Shown: positions 8,910 to 19,395, numbered from the stretch's first letter. The stretch is DNA of 49,348 bases from an uncultured bacterium (GCA_963759805.1 CAVXAT010000018.1:1-49348), one strand, 5' to 3'. Program-made: numbers and translations. The notes: a model not told the origin generated them from the letters alone.

Positions 8910-10175
8910 ATGAATTTTTATGATCTTAAAACATTAAATTTGAATAAAAAACGAGTTTTTTTAAGGGCTGACTTAAATATCCCAATAAAGAATGATAAAA
9001 TCTTGCAAGATTTTAAATTAGAAGCTATTTTGCCTACCATCGACTTTATTTTGAAAAATGGAGGCAAAATCATTCTAGCAACTCACATAGGCAGACCGAA
9101 CCCCGAAAACAAATCTGATTTACTAGATAAATCCCTTTCCACTCGAATTCTAATCCCATGGTTTAAAAAACGTGGATATGATATAGATTACGAACCGGAT
9201 CTCCTAATGGACGAAAGAAAAAGTCATCAGAAACATAATTCCATACTATTGCTTGAAAATTTACGATTTTTTATCGGTGAAAAGGACAACAGTCTAAAAT
9301 TTGCCGAACTGCTTACAGCCATGTCAGACGTTTATGTAAACGATGCCTTTGGAAATATTCACAGAACAGACACGTCAACAACATTACTTGCCAAACAGTT
9401 CGCTCCAACAAATCGCAGGTTTGGGCTTCTAATTGAAAAGGAGCTGAAAAATCTTGAACCAATCAGATTAAACAGATCAGATAATTTTGTCGTCGTACTT
9501 GGCGGAATAAAAATCAAAGATAAAATTGCAATGCTTGAAAACTTCATGTTAAATACGGATAAGCAGAAAGCACGGGCCTTTATAATCGGCGGAGAAATAG
9601 CTCTGGCATTCCTAAAGGCCAAAGGGCTTAATGTTGGCAATATCGAATTTGATGAACAAACTATTTGGCTTGCAAAAAAAGTTTTGCATAGCACTCAAGA
9701 AAACGGTGTTGAGATAATTTTGCCAATTGATCAGGTTGTAACTAACTCGCGAGTTGAAAACTCGCAAGCCGAAAACTCGCAAGCCGAAGACTCTCAAGTC
9801 GGAGACCCAGTTGAAATCTTTGACATCGAAAAAATACCAACAACAGCCAAATGCATAGATATCGGACCAAAAACAGTTAAACTCTTTTCACAGGAGATAA
9901 AAAGAGCTAAGGTAATATTTACAAATGGCACCATGGGAATTTATCAAACAAAACAAGGGCAGACCGGAACGCAAAATATTTTACAAGCAATTGCAGACGC
10001 CCAAGCATTTGCGGTGGTTGGAGGCGGAGACGCAACTGCCGCTACCTGTATGTTCGGACTCCAGGATAAAATGGACTTTTTATCAACCGGAGGCGGCGCA
10101 ACGTTGAAATACTTAGGATGTAAAAATCCGGAGCAGGAGATGCCCGGGTTGCAAGCAATGTTGGATTTAAAATAG
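8910..10175 (+). CDS. pgk: Phosphoglycerate kinase (divergent)
   Basis: RADLN, HIGRP, LLENLRF, VYVNDAFG, DIGPKT, GGGD, STGGGA. Confidence 0.92.
   Translation: MNFYDLKTLNLNKKRVFLRADLNIPIKNDKILQDFKLEAILPTIDFILKNGGKIILATHIGRPNPENKSDLLDKSLSTRILIPWFKKRGYDIDYEPDLLMDERKSHQKHNSILLLENLRFFIGEKDNSLKFAELLTAMSDVYVNDAFGNIHRTDTSTTLLAKQFAPTNRRFGLLIEKELKNLEPIRLNRSDNFVVVLGGIKIKDKIAMLENFMLNTDKQKARAFIIGGEIALAFLKAKGLNVGNIEFDEQTIWLAKKVLHSTQENGVEIILPIDQVVTNSRVENSQAENSQAEDSQVGDPVEIFDIEKIPTTAKCIDIGPKTVKLFSQEIKRAKVIFTNGTMGIYQTKQGQTGTQNILQAIADAQAFAVVGGGDATAATCMFGLQDKMDFLSTGGGATLKYLGCKNPEQEMPGLQAMLDLK
9741..9800 (+). repeat. 15-bp in-frame tandem repeat inside pgk
   Basis: ACTAACTCGCGAGTT / GAAAACTCGCAAGCC x2 / GAAGACTCTCAAGTC. 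Confidence 0.8.
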
Positions 10176-10182
10176 TAATTAA

Positions 10183-11394
10183 GTGATATTTATGAAAACA
10201 GTAAAAATTATAATTTATCTTTTAATCTTAATAATAATTGGTTTTGGATTTACCCAAATTTATAAAAAGTTTTTTCCAAAACTTTCTTACAATCTTTACA
10301 AAACTGAAACTCCAGAAAAAAAGTCTATCCATCAATCGATTAATGCAACAGGAATCCTAGAACTTAAAGAATTTTACAAGATAGGAAGCCAAGTTGCGGG
10401 AATTGTCAAAGATGTTCCTGTAAAAGAAAATTCTATTGTTAAAAAAGGTCAGCTGTTGGCAGAAATTGAACTTAGTAAAGGGGATACTGACCTACGCGCC
10501 GCAAAATATAGTCTAGAAAAGGCACAACAGGAGTATGATTATCAAAAAGACTTCTATGCTCGACAAAAGGCACTTTATAAATCAGGGCAATTGGCAAAAA
10601 ACTCATTTCAACGAGTGCAAACCGACTACCTTAAAGCCGAAGCCGAGTTAAATTGTCAAAAAGCGACTTTAGAAAAATGCGAACTTGAGTTAAAGAATAC
10701 AAAAATTCTCGCCCCTGCCGACGGAATCATAACACACGTAGCAACATCAAAGGGGATGGCCGTTCTAAACGATTATCTAAATGTATTATTTGAACTCGCT
10801 CAAGATATCTCAGAGATGAAAGCAATTTTTGACATTGATGAAAGCGAAGTCGGACAGATAAAAGCAGGTCAGTCAACAGTAATAAGAATCAACAGTTATC
10901 CGGAGCTTTTAATTAAAGGCAAAATTGATGATGTAAGTTTTATTCCTAAAAGTGGCGTAAATAATGGCGGCTATTTCTATAAAGCCACCGTAATACTAAA
11001 CAATGAAACACGAATTCTGCGCCCCGGCATGCGCCTTAACGGCTTAATTAAAATAGCAAAAGCCAAGAATGTTCTAGCAATAAATGGCCTTGCTTTTCAG
11101 ATTAATTCAGAAATTCTTAGTCAAATAGCCAAACAGTTAAAATATGAATTTAAGCCACTAGATGAAAAAACCAAAAAAGAGTTCAAGAAGGCTAATTTGG
11201 ATAAAGGTGTTCGAACCGTATGGGTAGTTGATAACAAGGCGTTTGTGCAGAAATTAATTTTAGTTGGTCTTAACGATGAGACTCATTGGCAAATCATTGA
11301 TGGCTTAAAGGAAAATAAGCAGGTATTAATCGATATTCAAGAAGCAAACGCAATGGAAAAAGAGTATGGCAAATGGTTTCAAGGAGCTTTATAA
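10183..11394 (+). CDS. MacA-like periplasmic adaptor (membrane fusion protein)
   Basis: N-terminal TM, GSQVAG, VKKGQLLAEI, APADG, IDESEVG, LRPGM. Confidence 0.9.
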   Translation: MIFMKTVKIIIYLLILIIIGFGFTQIYKKFFPKLSYNLYKTETPEKKSIHQSINATGILELKEFYKIGSQVAGIVKDVPVKENSIVKKGQLLAEIELSKGDTDLRAAKYSLEKAQQEYDYQKDFYARQKALYKSGQLAKNSFQRVQTDYLKAEAELNCQKATLEKCELELKNTKILAPADGIITHVATSKGMAVLNDYLNVLFELAQDISEMKAIFDIDESEVGQIKAGQSTVIRINSYPELLIKGKIDDVSFIPKSGVNNGGYFYKATVILNNETRILRPGMRLNGLIKIAKAKNVLAINGLAFQINSEILSQIAKQLKYEFKPLDEKTKKEFKKANLDKGVRTVWVVDNKAFVQKLILVGLNDETHWQIIDGLKENKQVLIDIQEANAMEKEYGKWFQGAL

Positions 11395-11433
11395 CTCACG
11401 TGTTAGCACGTGTATTAAATTAAGTGTTAACGC

Positions 11434-12651
11434 ATGAATACAATTCTGTTATTAAAAACTGCGAATAGATCACTACTTCACCACACGGGCCGATCGTTGC
11501 TGACCGCGCTAGGCATAATCATCGGAATAGGCTCAATCGTGGCATTAATAGCAATTGGAAAAGGGGCAGAGAAAAAAATTAAACAATCAATTTTATCTTC
11601 AGGAACAAATTTTATTTATGTAAGCCCAGGCTGGCCACCCGAGTCCATACGAGGCAAACAGATAAAAGAGATTTACGCCCGCCATGCAGATATTTTAAAA
11701 AAACTCTGCCCTGCAATCCAAAACGCATCTCCAATGGTGTATCACGGTTCAAAAATTAAAAGTCAAAACAGTAGCGATTTTGACACTCACATAAACGGCT
11801 GCAATGAAGATTGCATGCAAATCAGCAATTGCAAAATACATTCAGGAACATTTATTCAAAAACACCATGTTGAAAAAGGATCAAAGGTCATTGTGCTTGG
11901 CCAAGAGCTGGCAAATTCCCTATTTAAAAAAATCAACCCGATTGGCCAAATGGTAGAAGTTGAAAAAACGGTTTTTAAGGTTATCGGAGTTCTTGATAAG
12001 ATAGAAACCCAAGGGTCATATAATGACAGAAACAAAGAGTGTTATATCCCATGCACATCAGTTAAAAAGTACCTAAAATTGTCATTTGATGATGTTGTAA
12101 ACGGAATATTTATCTCAACCAAAAGCCCAGAGTTAATTCCGCAGGCAGTGCGCCAGATAACTAAAATTATGAGACTTCAACATAAACTCGAAGAGAATGA
12201 TCCTGCAGATTTTACAATCTTTGATCAGCAGGGAATGCTAAAAGCCGCAACTAAAGCATCATCCACTTTTTCACTTTTCTTATTCATAGTTGCACTGATT
12301 GCACTTTTGATCGGTGGGATTGGAGTTATGAACATCATGCTTGTTTCAGTGGGGGAACGTATGCAAGAGATAGGAATTCGTATGGCCATTGGAGCAAACC
12401 CAAAAACAATTCACATGCAATTTTTACTCGAAGCGTTAACACTTTGCACCATCGGCGGAGTTATCGGGCTAATTTTGGGAATTATTATTCCAATTATTGC
12501 AAGTAAATTTACCGGCTGGTATGTGATAATCACACCATCATCAATATTAACTGCAGCTCTAACAATTATTTTGGTCGCACTAATTTTTGGATTTTATCCG
12601 GCTTATAAAGCTTCAAAATTAAATCCAATCGAGGCTCTGATCGAACAGTAA
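11434..12651 (+). CDS. MacB-like ABC permease
   Basis: RSLLTALGIIIG, GGIGVMNIMLVSV.ER..EIGIRMAIGA, PAYKASKLNPIEAL. Confidence 0.92.
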   Translation: MNTILLLKTANRSLLHHTGRSLLTALGIIIGIGSIVALIAIGKGAEKKIKQSILSSGTNFIYVSPGWPPESIRGKQIKEIYARHADILKKLCPAIQNASPMVYHGSKIKSQNSSDFDTHINGCNEDCMQISNCKIHSGTFIQKHHVEKGSKVIVLGQELANSLFKKINPIGQMVEVEKTVFKVIGVLDKIETQGSYNDRNKECYIPCTSVKKYLKLSFDDVVNGIFISTKSPELIPQAVRQITKIMRLQHKLEENDPADFTIFDQQGMLKAATKASSTFSLFLFIVALIALLIGGIGVMNIMLVSVGERMQEIGIRMAIGANPKTIHMQFLLEALTLCTIGGVIGLILGIIIPIIASKFTGWYVIITPSSILTAALTIILVALIFGFYPAYKASKLNPIEALIEQ

Positions 12652-12789
12652 TGATCTCCTTTAAAATGCGTTTTTCAAGCACTTTTGAGCGAATTTTACC
12701 CCCATTTGCATCATTTACAATTAGTCTATATAATTATTTTATATGCTTTTATATTGGAAGTTTATTAATAATAATTGGAGGTTTATATC

Positions 12790-13482
12790 ATGAGGACTAT
12801 TAAGAAAATAATGTTATCAATATTGATGGCAAGCTGCACAGGTTCTAATATTGGGGCCATGGAAGAACATCCTGGCGACCAAAGTCATACCCCAGCGGCA
12901 GCGGCACATTTGACAACACGCGCCATGCGACCAGAACAGATGATTGCTGCAAATATCTACAATTCGAATGATATCTGCCCGATCTGTCAAGAAGAACTTG
13001 GTAAAGTCCAACCTATAATTGCAATACATTGCGCACCAGATACACAAGGATGCAACGGAGTTCATCATGCCTTCCACGCCGGGTGTATACGTGAATGGTG
13101 GCAAAGTGTTCAACGCACAGGACAGAATAAAACTTGTGCAAACTGCAAAAGGGCCATACCAGAAAATATCCATATCGCAGACAATGATCCCATAACAATG
13201 CAACAAATTGTAGTTAGACAATTAAAAAATCCTTTCATATATGGAAGCTTTCTAGCAATAGTAGTAGGCAATGTGATTAACTGTTTCATTCGTGATCGCA
13301 ATCTGTACCCTATGGATGTTATTTGGTATTTACTAATTGCTATCTTTATTGGCATTTCCATGGAGTATCTCCCTTATTTACATAACAAACAGAATCTGTT
13401 TCGTGATTTATCAAGATATTTTCACCAGACACAAACAGAATCGCCAATTTTTAATGAAGGCGGTGTTATTGAATTGCAATAA
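12790..13482 (+). CDS. Secreted RING-H2 finger protein with two C-terminal TM helices (candidate E3 ligase effector)
   Basis: GGAGG RBS; signal-like N-terminus; CPIC...C..HHAFHAGC..W...CANC. Confidence 0.8.
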   Translation: MRTIKKIMLSILMASCTGSNIGAMEEHPGDQSHTPAAAAHLTTRAMRPEQMIAANIYNSNDICPICQEELGKVQPIIAIHCAPDTQGCNGVHHAFHAGCIREWWQSVQRTGQNKTCANCKRAIPENIHIADNDPITMQQIVVRQLKNPFIYGSFLAIVVGNVINCFIRDRNLYPMDVIWYLLIAIFIGISMEYLPYLHNKQNLFRDLSRYFHQTQTESPIFNEGGVIELQ

Positions 13483-13500
13483 TTAACAAGCAAATTTTGT

Positions 13501-13532
13501 AGCCCCGGCAAGTAAAATCGCTGGGGCTTTTT
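13501..13532 (+). terminator. Rho-independent terminator
   Basis: AGCCCCGGC/GCTGGGGCT stem followed by TTTT. Confidence 0.8.
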
Positions 13533-13661
13533 AATGGCAAAATATTGTTTATAACCATTCAGAATCCCTAAATCCAAGGTCGAATTTAATTTTTTAGATG
13601 TTAACGCACAAAAATTATGCTACTTTAAAAATAGGCTATAAACACAAAGAAAGGATTTGAT

Positions 13662-13982
13662 ATGCTTGGAAAAGAGTTAATAACCGAGGTAAAAAATCGC
13701 TTAGTAAAAGCGTATAACCCTTTGGAAATTTATCTGTTTGGATCTTACGCCTGGGGACATCCAACAGAGGATAGCGACTTAGATTTACTAATCGTTGTTG
13801 AAAAATCAGATGAAAAAACTTATTCCAGACCACTACCTGGCTACGATGCCTTATTTGGAATGGGAATCTCCAAAGACCTTATTGTTTATACAAAGGATGA
13901 GTTTGATAAATATTCAAGCAATAAAACATCCCTTTGCTATAAAATCAAAAAGGACGGAGAACTCATTTATGCCAGATCATGA
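13662..13982 (+). CDS. Minimal nucleotidyltransferase (MNT), putative antitoxin
   Basis: LFGSYAWGHPTEDSDLDL = GSx10DxD motif. Confidence 0.9.
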   Translation: MLGKELITEVKNRLVKAYNPLEIYLFGSYAWGHPTEDSDLDLLIVVEKSDEKTYSRPLPGYDALFGMGISKDLIVYTKDEFDKYSSNKTSLCYKIKKDGELIYARS

Positions 13983-14307
13983 ACCATGGCTAAGAATAGC
14001 CAAAGAAGATTTAAAGGCTGCCAAGGTTTTGCTTAAGGAAGAGCTTTATTCCACAGTATCATATCTTTGCCAACAATCGGCTGAAAAATCCTTAAAGGCA
14101 TATCTTGTTTTTAAGGGACAGCCAGTATTCAAAACACATGATCTCACCAAGCTTATTGAATTATGTATGGCTATTGATAGGGAATTTGAAAAAATTTATA
14201 CATTCGCAAGATATCTCAATCCATTTTCAACCAAGTTCAGATATCCATCGGAATACGATATTCCAGATTACGACCACGCGGACAACACCATAAAACAAAC
14301 ACAATAA
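13969..14307 (+). CDS. HEPN domain protein, possibly C-terminally truncated
   Basis: W...AKEDL..A, QQSAEKSLKAYL, KTHDL, RYP; starts MPDHEPW overlapping the MNT stop. Confidence 0.85.
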   Translation: MPDHEPWLRIAKEDLKAAKVLLKEELYSTVSYLCQQSAEKSLKAYLVFKGQPVFKTHDLTKLIELCMAIDREFEKIYTFARYLNPFSTKFRYPSEYDIPDYDHADNTIKQTQ

Positions 14308-14579
14308 GATTCTATTGATAAATTTGGTATAGCATGTGGTTGCATATCCTTTGACTCCATGCACAAAAGAAAACTTTCGCTAATAAAAATAAAAATTAGA
14401 AAACTGTAAAATTTACACAAAAATTTACACATATGTCTGCCTCTCCAATATGTCTCTCCAGTGAAATTTTTAAAAAAATAGTATTTTTCTTAAATTCTTC
14501 TGTAAAATATACATAAGTTGATTCGTGGAAAACAACTCAAATAAATTATTAATAGCTTTATTCTTTAAGGGTACAAAAT

Positions 14580-15785
14580 ATGAGTATTAAAAAATTTTTG
14601 CTTTTAATCTCCTTGATTTTACTTCCGGTAGGAGCATTTTATGTTTTTCATAAAAAGCGAAAAGCCGCTATCATTGAACCAATAAAAACAGAAAAACCAA
14701 TTCGCAAGGCCCTTGTTCAGATGATCACAGCATCCGGCAATTTGAAAGCAAAGGAACAGATATCAGTTGGCAGCTTGGTCGCCGGAAAGGTTGTCGACAT
14801 AAGGGTTGAAGATAACGACGTTGTAAAAAAGGACCAGATTTTAGCCGTTCTTGATGATGGGGTTGGGGACACCGAAACAAAGAGATTAACTGCAACACTC
14901 GCTGAGGCAAAAGCAAATTATACATATCTTGAAAAATTTTATAAACGCCAAACTGCTCTTTATAAATCAGGACAAATTTCTCAAAACAACTACGATCAGA
15001 TAACCCGAGATCTGGATATGGCAAAGGCAAAAGTAGATCAAACAAAGGCAGCATTGGATCTGGCGATGCAAACATACAATAATCTTTTTATCAAAGCTCC
15101 AACTAACGGAATTGTTATAGCAAAACGCATAGATCTTGGGCAGATGGTTACTGCACAACTCCAAGCAACCGTCCTTTTTGAAATCGCAAAAGATCTACAT
15201 GAGATGGAAGCATGGCTTGATGTCGATGAGTCTGACATTGGGATGGTAAAAGAGAAACAAGAGGCAGTTTTTACAGTTGACTCATTTCCAAAAGAGCATT
15301 TTGAAGCCAGCGTAAAAAGAATTCAGTATCAAGCAAAAATAGTTGACAATGTTGTAACCTACGCAACCGTGCTTGATGTTAAGAATCCGGAACTGAGGTT
15401 GCGCCCTGGAATGACCTGCAATGTTGAGATCAAGGTTGCTGAAAACACAAATGCTTTGATAATTCCGAACAAAGCGCTACGCATAAACCCTGTAAACGTT
15501 GAGTATGTGGCAAACAAATTAAAGTATAAGCTTGAAAAAATATCCGTTGAGGAAAAACTTGCCGGGCAAAAATCCAAAAAAATTATGAAAGATTATATCT
15601 GGATCTTAGATAATAAGGCAATTAAGCAAATCGAAGCCAAACTTGGTATTAACGATGGTAAATTTACTGAAGTTATAAACGGCATTAAAGATGATTCTGA
15701 TATAATCGTTGAAACGGAGACTGCACCACGTGAAAATCCATTGGGCAAACTATTCCCTCAAGTCGGTGGAATTGGTAAAAAATAG
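14580..15785 (+). CDS. MacA-like periplasmic adaptor
   Basis: VGSLVAG, IKAPTNGIV, GQMVTAQLQ, VDESDIG, VVTY, LRPGMT. Confidence 0.92.
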   Translation: MSIKKFLLLISLILLPVGAFYVFHKKRKAAIIEPIKTEKPIRKALVQMITASGNLKAKEQISVGSLVAGKVVDIRVEDNDVVKKDQILAVLDDGVGDTETKRLTATLAEAKANYTYLEKFYKRQTALYKSGQISQNNYDQITRDLDMAKAKVDQTKAALDLAMQTYNNLFIKAPTNGIVIAKRIDLGQMVTAQLQATVLFEIAKDLHEMEAWLDVDESDIGMVKEKQEAVFTVDSFPKEHFEASVKRIQYQAKIVDNVVTYATVLDVKNPELRLRPGMTCNVEIKVAENTNALIIPNKALRINPVNVEYVANKLKYKLEKISVEEKLAGQKSKKIMKDYIWILDNKAIKQIEAKLGINDGKFTEVINGIKDDSDIIVETETAPRENPLGKLFPQVGGIGKK

Positions 15786-15796
15786 ATGGTAAAATC

Positions 15797-16483
15797 ATGA
15801 ACATAATCGAAGCCAAAAATATCGTAAAAATATTCAAAATGGGCGAAACTGAAATTGCAGCACTAAAAGGAGTTTCGCTCACTGTTGAAAAGGGCGAATT
15901 CGTCTCCATTACAGGTTTTTCCGGTTCAGGAAAATCAACCTTAATGCACTTGCTGGGTTGTTTGGATATCCCAACATCAGGCTCATACATAATTGACGGA
16001 ATCGATGCATCAAAGGCAACTCGCGATGAATTGGCAAAAATTAGAAATCAAAAAATCGGCTTTGTTTTTCAAAAATTTTATCTCCTACCGGACCTGACAG
16101 CGTTAAATAACGTTGCACTTCCATGCCTGTATGCAGGAGAGAATGAAGAAACAGCAAAAGAAAAGGCAAGCAAGCTTCTGGCTATGGTCGAACTTGAAAA
16201 TCGAATGAACCACTATCCATACCAACTTTCCGGAGGGCAGCAACAAAGGGTCGCCATTGCCCGTGCACTTGCTAACAATCCTGCCATGATTATGGCAGAT
16301 GAGCCAACCGGAAATCTCGACAGGGCAACAGGAGAAAATATTTTACAGGTGTTTAAAAATTTTAACGAAAAACAGAACGTCACCATAGTCATCGTAACTC
16401 ACGAACATTCAATCGCAGCACAAACAAAACGCATTATAGAACTGGTTGATGGAAAAATAGTTTCTGATAAGAGGACATCATGA
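15797..16483 (+). CDS. ABC ATP-binding protein (MacB/LolD family)
   Basis: [37 protein letters not shown]. Confidence 0.95.
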   Translation: MNIIEAKNIVKIFKMGETEIAALKGVSLTVEKGEFVSITGFSGSGKSTLMHLLGCLDIPTSGSYIIDGIDASKATRDELAKIRNQKIGFVFQKFYLLPDLTALNNVALPCLYAGENEETAKEKASKLLAMVELENRMNHYPYQLSGGQQQRVAIARALANNPAMIMADEPTGNLDRATGENILQVFKNFNEKQNVTIVIVTHEHSIAAQTKRIIELVDGKIVSDKRTS

Positions 16484-17694
16484 ATACATTATTGATAGCA
16501 CAAACGGCATTCAGGACTTTAAGGCACCACACAATACGCTCTGTTCTGACTACGCTTGGTATAATTATCGGCGTTGTATCAATTATTGCAGTCATGTCAA
16601 TCGGCGCAGGCGCAAAGTATCGAGTAAACCAAACAATTCAAAAACTTGGAACAAATTTCATAATTCTTCTTGGTGGCTCACCAAAACACTTAAGTCAAAG
16701 TCATGGGGGTGTTGGCTACACAATAAAACCGGCAGATTTGGCAACTGTAAAGGATGAATGTGAAGATATTGATCTAATTTCTCCCGGTGTTATTTATCCA
16801 ACTAAGGTTGTTTATGAAGGCGCAAACTGGCAACCAATGATAGGCGGGGTTAATGAAAGTTATTTCGAAATCAGGCAATGGCCTTTAATGGATGGAACAT
16901 ACATTACAGAACAAGATGTAAAATCGGGAAGCAAAGTTGCCGTAATTGGGCAAACAGTAAAAAAAGAGTTATTTGGCGCGCTTGACCCAATGGGAAAAGT
17001 AATCCGCATTAAAAAGCTTCCATTCAAGGTTATCGGCGTTCTTAGTGAACGAGGCAAAACTCCGGATGGAAGAGACGAGGATGATGTAATCTTTGCTCCT
17101 TATACAACAGTTTTGCGAAAAATTATTGGTAAAAATAACTTCTCGGCATTGATAATGTCTGCAAAAAACAAGGAGCGTCTTAACGCGGCCACAGAACAAG
17201 TTAGAGCCATCATACGACAAAGGCATAGGCTGCTTGAAACAGATGAAGACGATTTTACAATTTTCACACAAGATGACATTGCAAAAGCAACAGATTCTGC
17301 TTCAATGGTCCTTAATCTGTTACTATTCATAATTGCATCAATATCATTGGTAGTTGGAGGCATAGGCATTATGAATATCATGCTTGTTAGCGTAAAAGAA
17401 CGAACGAAAGAGATCGGAATTCGTATGGCACTTGGCGCCACAACACAAAACATTCTTACTCAATTTATTCTTGAAGCTATAATCATCTGTCTAATTGGTG
17501 GATTTGTTGGAGTCTTACTTGGAGTTGGTATTGCGGAAACTATCGGGTTTGTACTTGAATGGCCAATTTTTATCTCAAAATATGCCGTTACTATTTCGTT
17601 ATTTTCATCCGCAATGATCGGGCTATTTTTCGGCTTCTATCCTGCTTACCAGGCTGCAATGATGAATCCCGTGGAAGCATTAGTAGAGAAATAG
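16480..17694 (+). CDS. MacB-like ABC permease
   Basis: RSVLTTLGIIIGV, GGIGIMNIMLVSVKERTKEIGIRMALGA, NPVEAL. Confidence 0.93.
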   Translation: MNTLLIAQTAFRTLRHHTIRSVLTTLGIIIGVVSIIAVMSIGAGAKYRVNQTIQKLGTNFIILLGGSPKHLSQSHGGVGYTIKPADLATVKDECEDIDLISPGVIYPTKVVYEGANWQPMIGGVNESYFEIRQWPLMDGTYITEQDVKSGSKVAVIGQTVKKELFGALDPMGKVIRIKKLPFKVIGVLSERGKTPDGRDEDDVIFAPYTTVLRKIIGKNNFSALIMSAKNKERLNAATEQVRAIIRQRHRLLETDEDDFTIFTQDDIAKATDSASMVLNLLLFIIASISLVVGGIGIMNIMLVSVKERTKEIGIRMALGATTQNILTQFILEAIIICLIGGFVGVLLGVGIAETIGFVLEWPIFISKYAVTISLFSSAMIGLFFGFYPAYQAAMMNPVEALVEK

Positions 17695-17696
17695 GG

Positions 17697-18335
17697 CTAT
17701 TTACTTAACTTGAAAAAAACAAGCTTCCTGTTCTTCTGCCCCAATTTGTAGTTTTCAATCTTACTAACAAACTCTTTGGCTTTGGTATGACATTCCCAAT
17801 GCTCAGCCGCCCAGTAAACAATCGTAGATTTGTTATAAAAACATGACGGTTTAAACGTTCTTACCAGCTCAACCTCATCAATAGCAGCACGGGTCACAAA
17901 TAAATCAATATCAAATTCTGTCTTACGCAAAAAGGTTCGCCAGTCCAAATCACAAATTTCAATGTCTGTAAGCTCCAGCATACTTATCAGATCTATTAAG
18001 AATTGAATTTTTTTCTTTGTTACTTCAATCAGATACACTTGAAGATGCGGAAACATAATTTTAATAGGAATGGCTGGAAAGCCAGCACCGGTCCCTATGT
18101 CACAAATTGATTTAATTTTGGTTAAATCCACAAATTTGGCCAGAGCCAATGAATCCTGAAAATGCTGCCGGACAATCCCTGATAAATCTTTAATTGCAGT
18201 TAAATTAAACTCTTCGTTACATTTTGACAGATAACGCTCATACATTTTAAATAATTCAACCTGTTGATCCGACAATTTTTCTTGATCTTGAAAATCAGCC
18301 CAAACTTTTTCTTCCGGTTTTACCCTAATACTCAT
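17697..18335 (-). CDS. rsmG: 16S rRNA m7G527 methyltransferase RsmG
   Basis: NLTAI, HFQDSL, DIGTGAGFP, TRA. Confidence 0.9.
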   Translation of the reverse strand: MSIRVKPEEKVWADFQDQEKLSDQQVELFKMYERYLSKCNEEFNLTAIKDLSGIVRQHFQDSLALAKFVDLTKIKSICDIGTGAGFPAIPIKIMFPHLQVYLIEVTKKKIQFLIDLISMLELTDIEICDLDWRTFLRKTEFDIDLFVTRAAIDEVELVRTFKPSCFYNKSTIVYWAAEHWECHTKAKEFVSKIENYKLGQKNRKLVFFKLSK

Positions 18336-18481
18336 TGCAAAGTCCCTGGATATAAAATAAAAAACAATACTATGATTCTAACTGTAGCTTTTTATACCAA
18401 TACTTTGGTAGCTTAGTTATTGATTATAGGGACTTTTTAAATAAGAGTAAACGTTAACCGCAAATCCAGAGGGGGGTAAAT

Positions 18482-19237
18482 ATGAATAAATTTAATTTAT
18501 TTTTAGTTTTAATAATTTTTTTCATCAAATTAAATGCAGACAATAGGATTATTCTATATCTAAAAGAAGCTCCGCCTAAGATCATAAATCAGTCATTGGC
18601 AGAGGCAAAGAAAGAAATTCAGCCAATCAAAGACAAACAAGCAATCCCAAGCAAAACCGTCAAAAAGCAAATTAATGGTTCTAAAACCTGGTACATGCCA
18701 AAATTAAGCGGTTTTGTAGCAATTTATGCTGGTTTTATGGATATATCAGACCGTGATGGCCTAATATCATTCCCCCTCAGGCATGTAACTCCAAAAATCA
18801 ATATTGCAATAACGGAGCAGATAAAGCTTTTCAAAGTAAAAAATAACACTATTGCACATCGTGAATTTTTGCCATCGAATAAAGTTCAAGCTAAACTGTA
18901 CACTTTTGAAAGAAAAGAGGATGTTAATCCGAAGGACCCAACCAAAAAAACTCAATATTGGAATGTTCAAGAAACTCCACTACCAGCAGACAATATAATA
19001 AATCCTCTAACGCTTGTCATACTCAGTAAACCATCAAATATCTATGTACCAGTTGGGGACTTTATGTCGGCAGAGAGCAGTCATCTTATTTTGCCCGAAA
19101 TTTATGTCATTGGAAATAAGGGTCAGGCAGATATTTTATCTCAAACTCTTGACTTCAGTCGATATTTTGAACCTATAGTTAAAGAACAACAGAAAATCGA
19201 CGACAAAAAAAAACAGTCCCTTATTAAAAATATTTAA
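18482..19237 (+). CDS. Hypothetical secreted protein
   Basis: 251-aa ORF, G-rich RBS, signal peptide ending LNA. Confidence 0.8.
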   Translation: MNKFNLFLVLIIFFIKLNADNRIILYLKEAPPKIINQSLAEAKKEIQPIKDKQAIPSKTVKKQINGSKTWYMPKLSGFVAIYAGFMDISDRDGLISFPLRHVTPKINIAITEQIKLFKVKNNTIAHREFLPSNKVQAKLYTFERKEDVNPKDPTKKTQYWNVQETPLPADNIINPLTLVILSKPSNIYVPVGDFMSAESSHLILPEIYVIGNKGQADILSQTLDFSRYFEPIVKEQQKIDDKKKQSLIKNI

Positions 19238-19267
19238 AGTTAAACCCTTTTATCTTAGGAGATGATT

Positions 19268-19369
19268 ATGGCTTGTGGTGGAAAATGTTGCCCAAAATGC
19301 GGGTGCGGAACATGCAAATGTGGTAAATGTCCAAAATGTGGATGTAAACCTTGCAAATGCAAAAAATAA
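19268..19369 (+). CDS. Metallothionein-like Cys-rich microprotein, 33 aa with 12 Cys (absent from the ORF track)
   Basis: AGGAG at 19257-19261; MACGGKCCPKCGCGTCKCGKCPKCGCKPCKCKK; terminator follows. Confidence 0.82.
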   Translation: MACGGKCCPKCGCGTCKCGKCPKCGCKPCKCKK

Positions 19370-19395
19370 TCCTGTAAAAAATAGTATTGAAATAG

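Noticed and set aside
14408..14460. Short direct repeats (AAAATTTACACA x2); similar doublets at 8742-8762 and 37274-37300
   Set aside because: Two-copy AT-rich duplications compatible with replication slippage; no shared motif.
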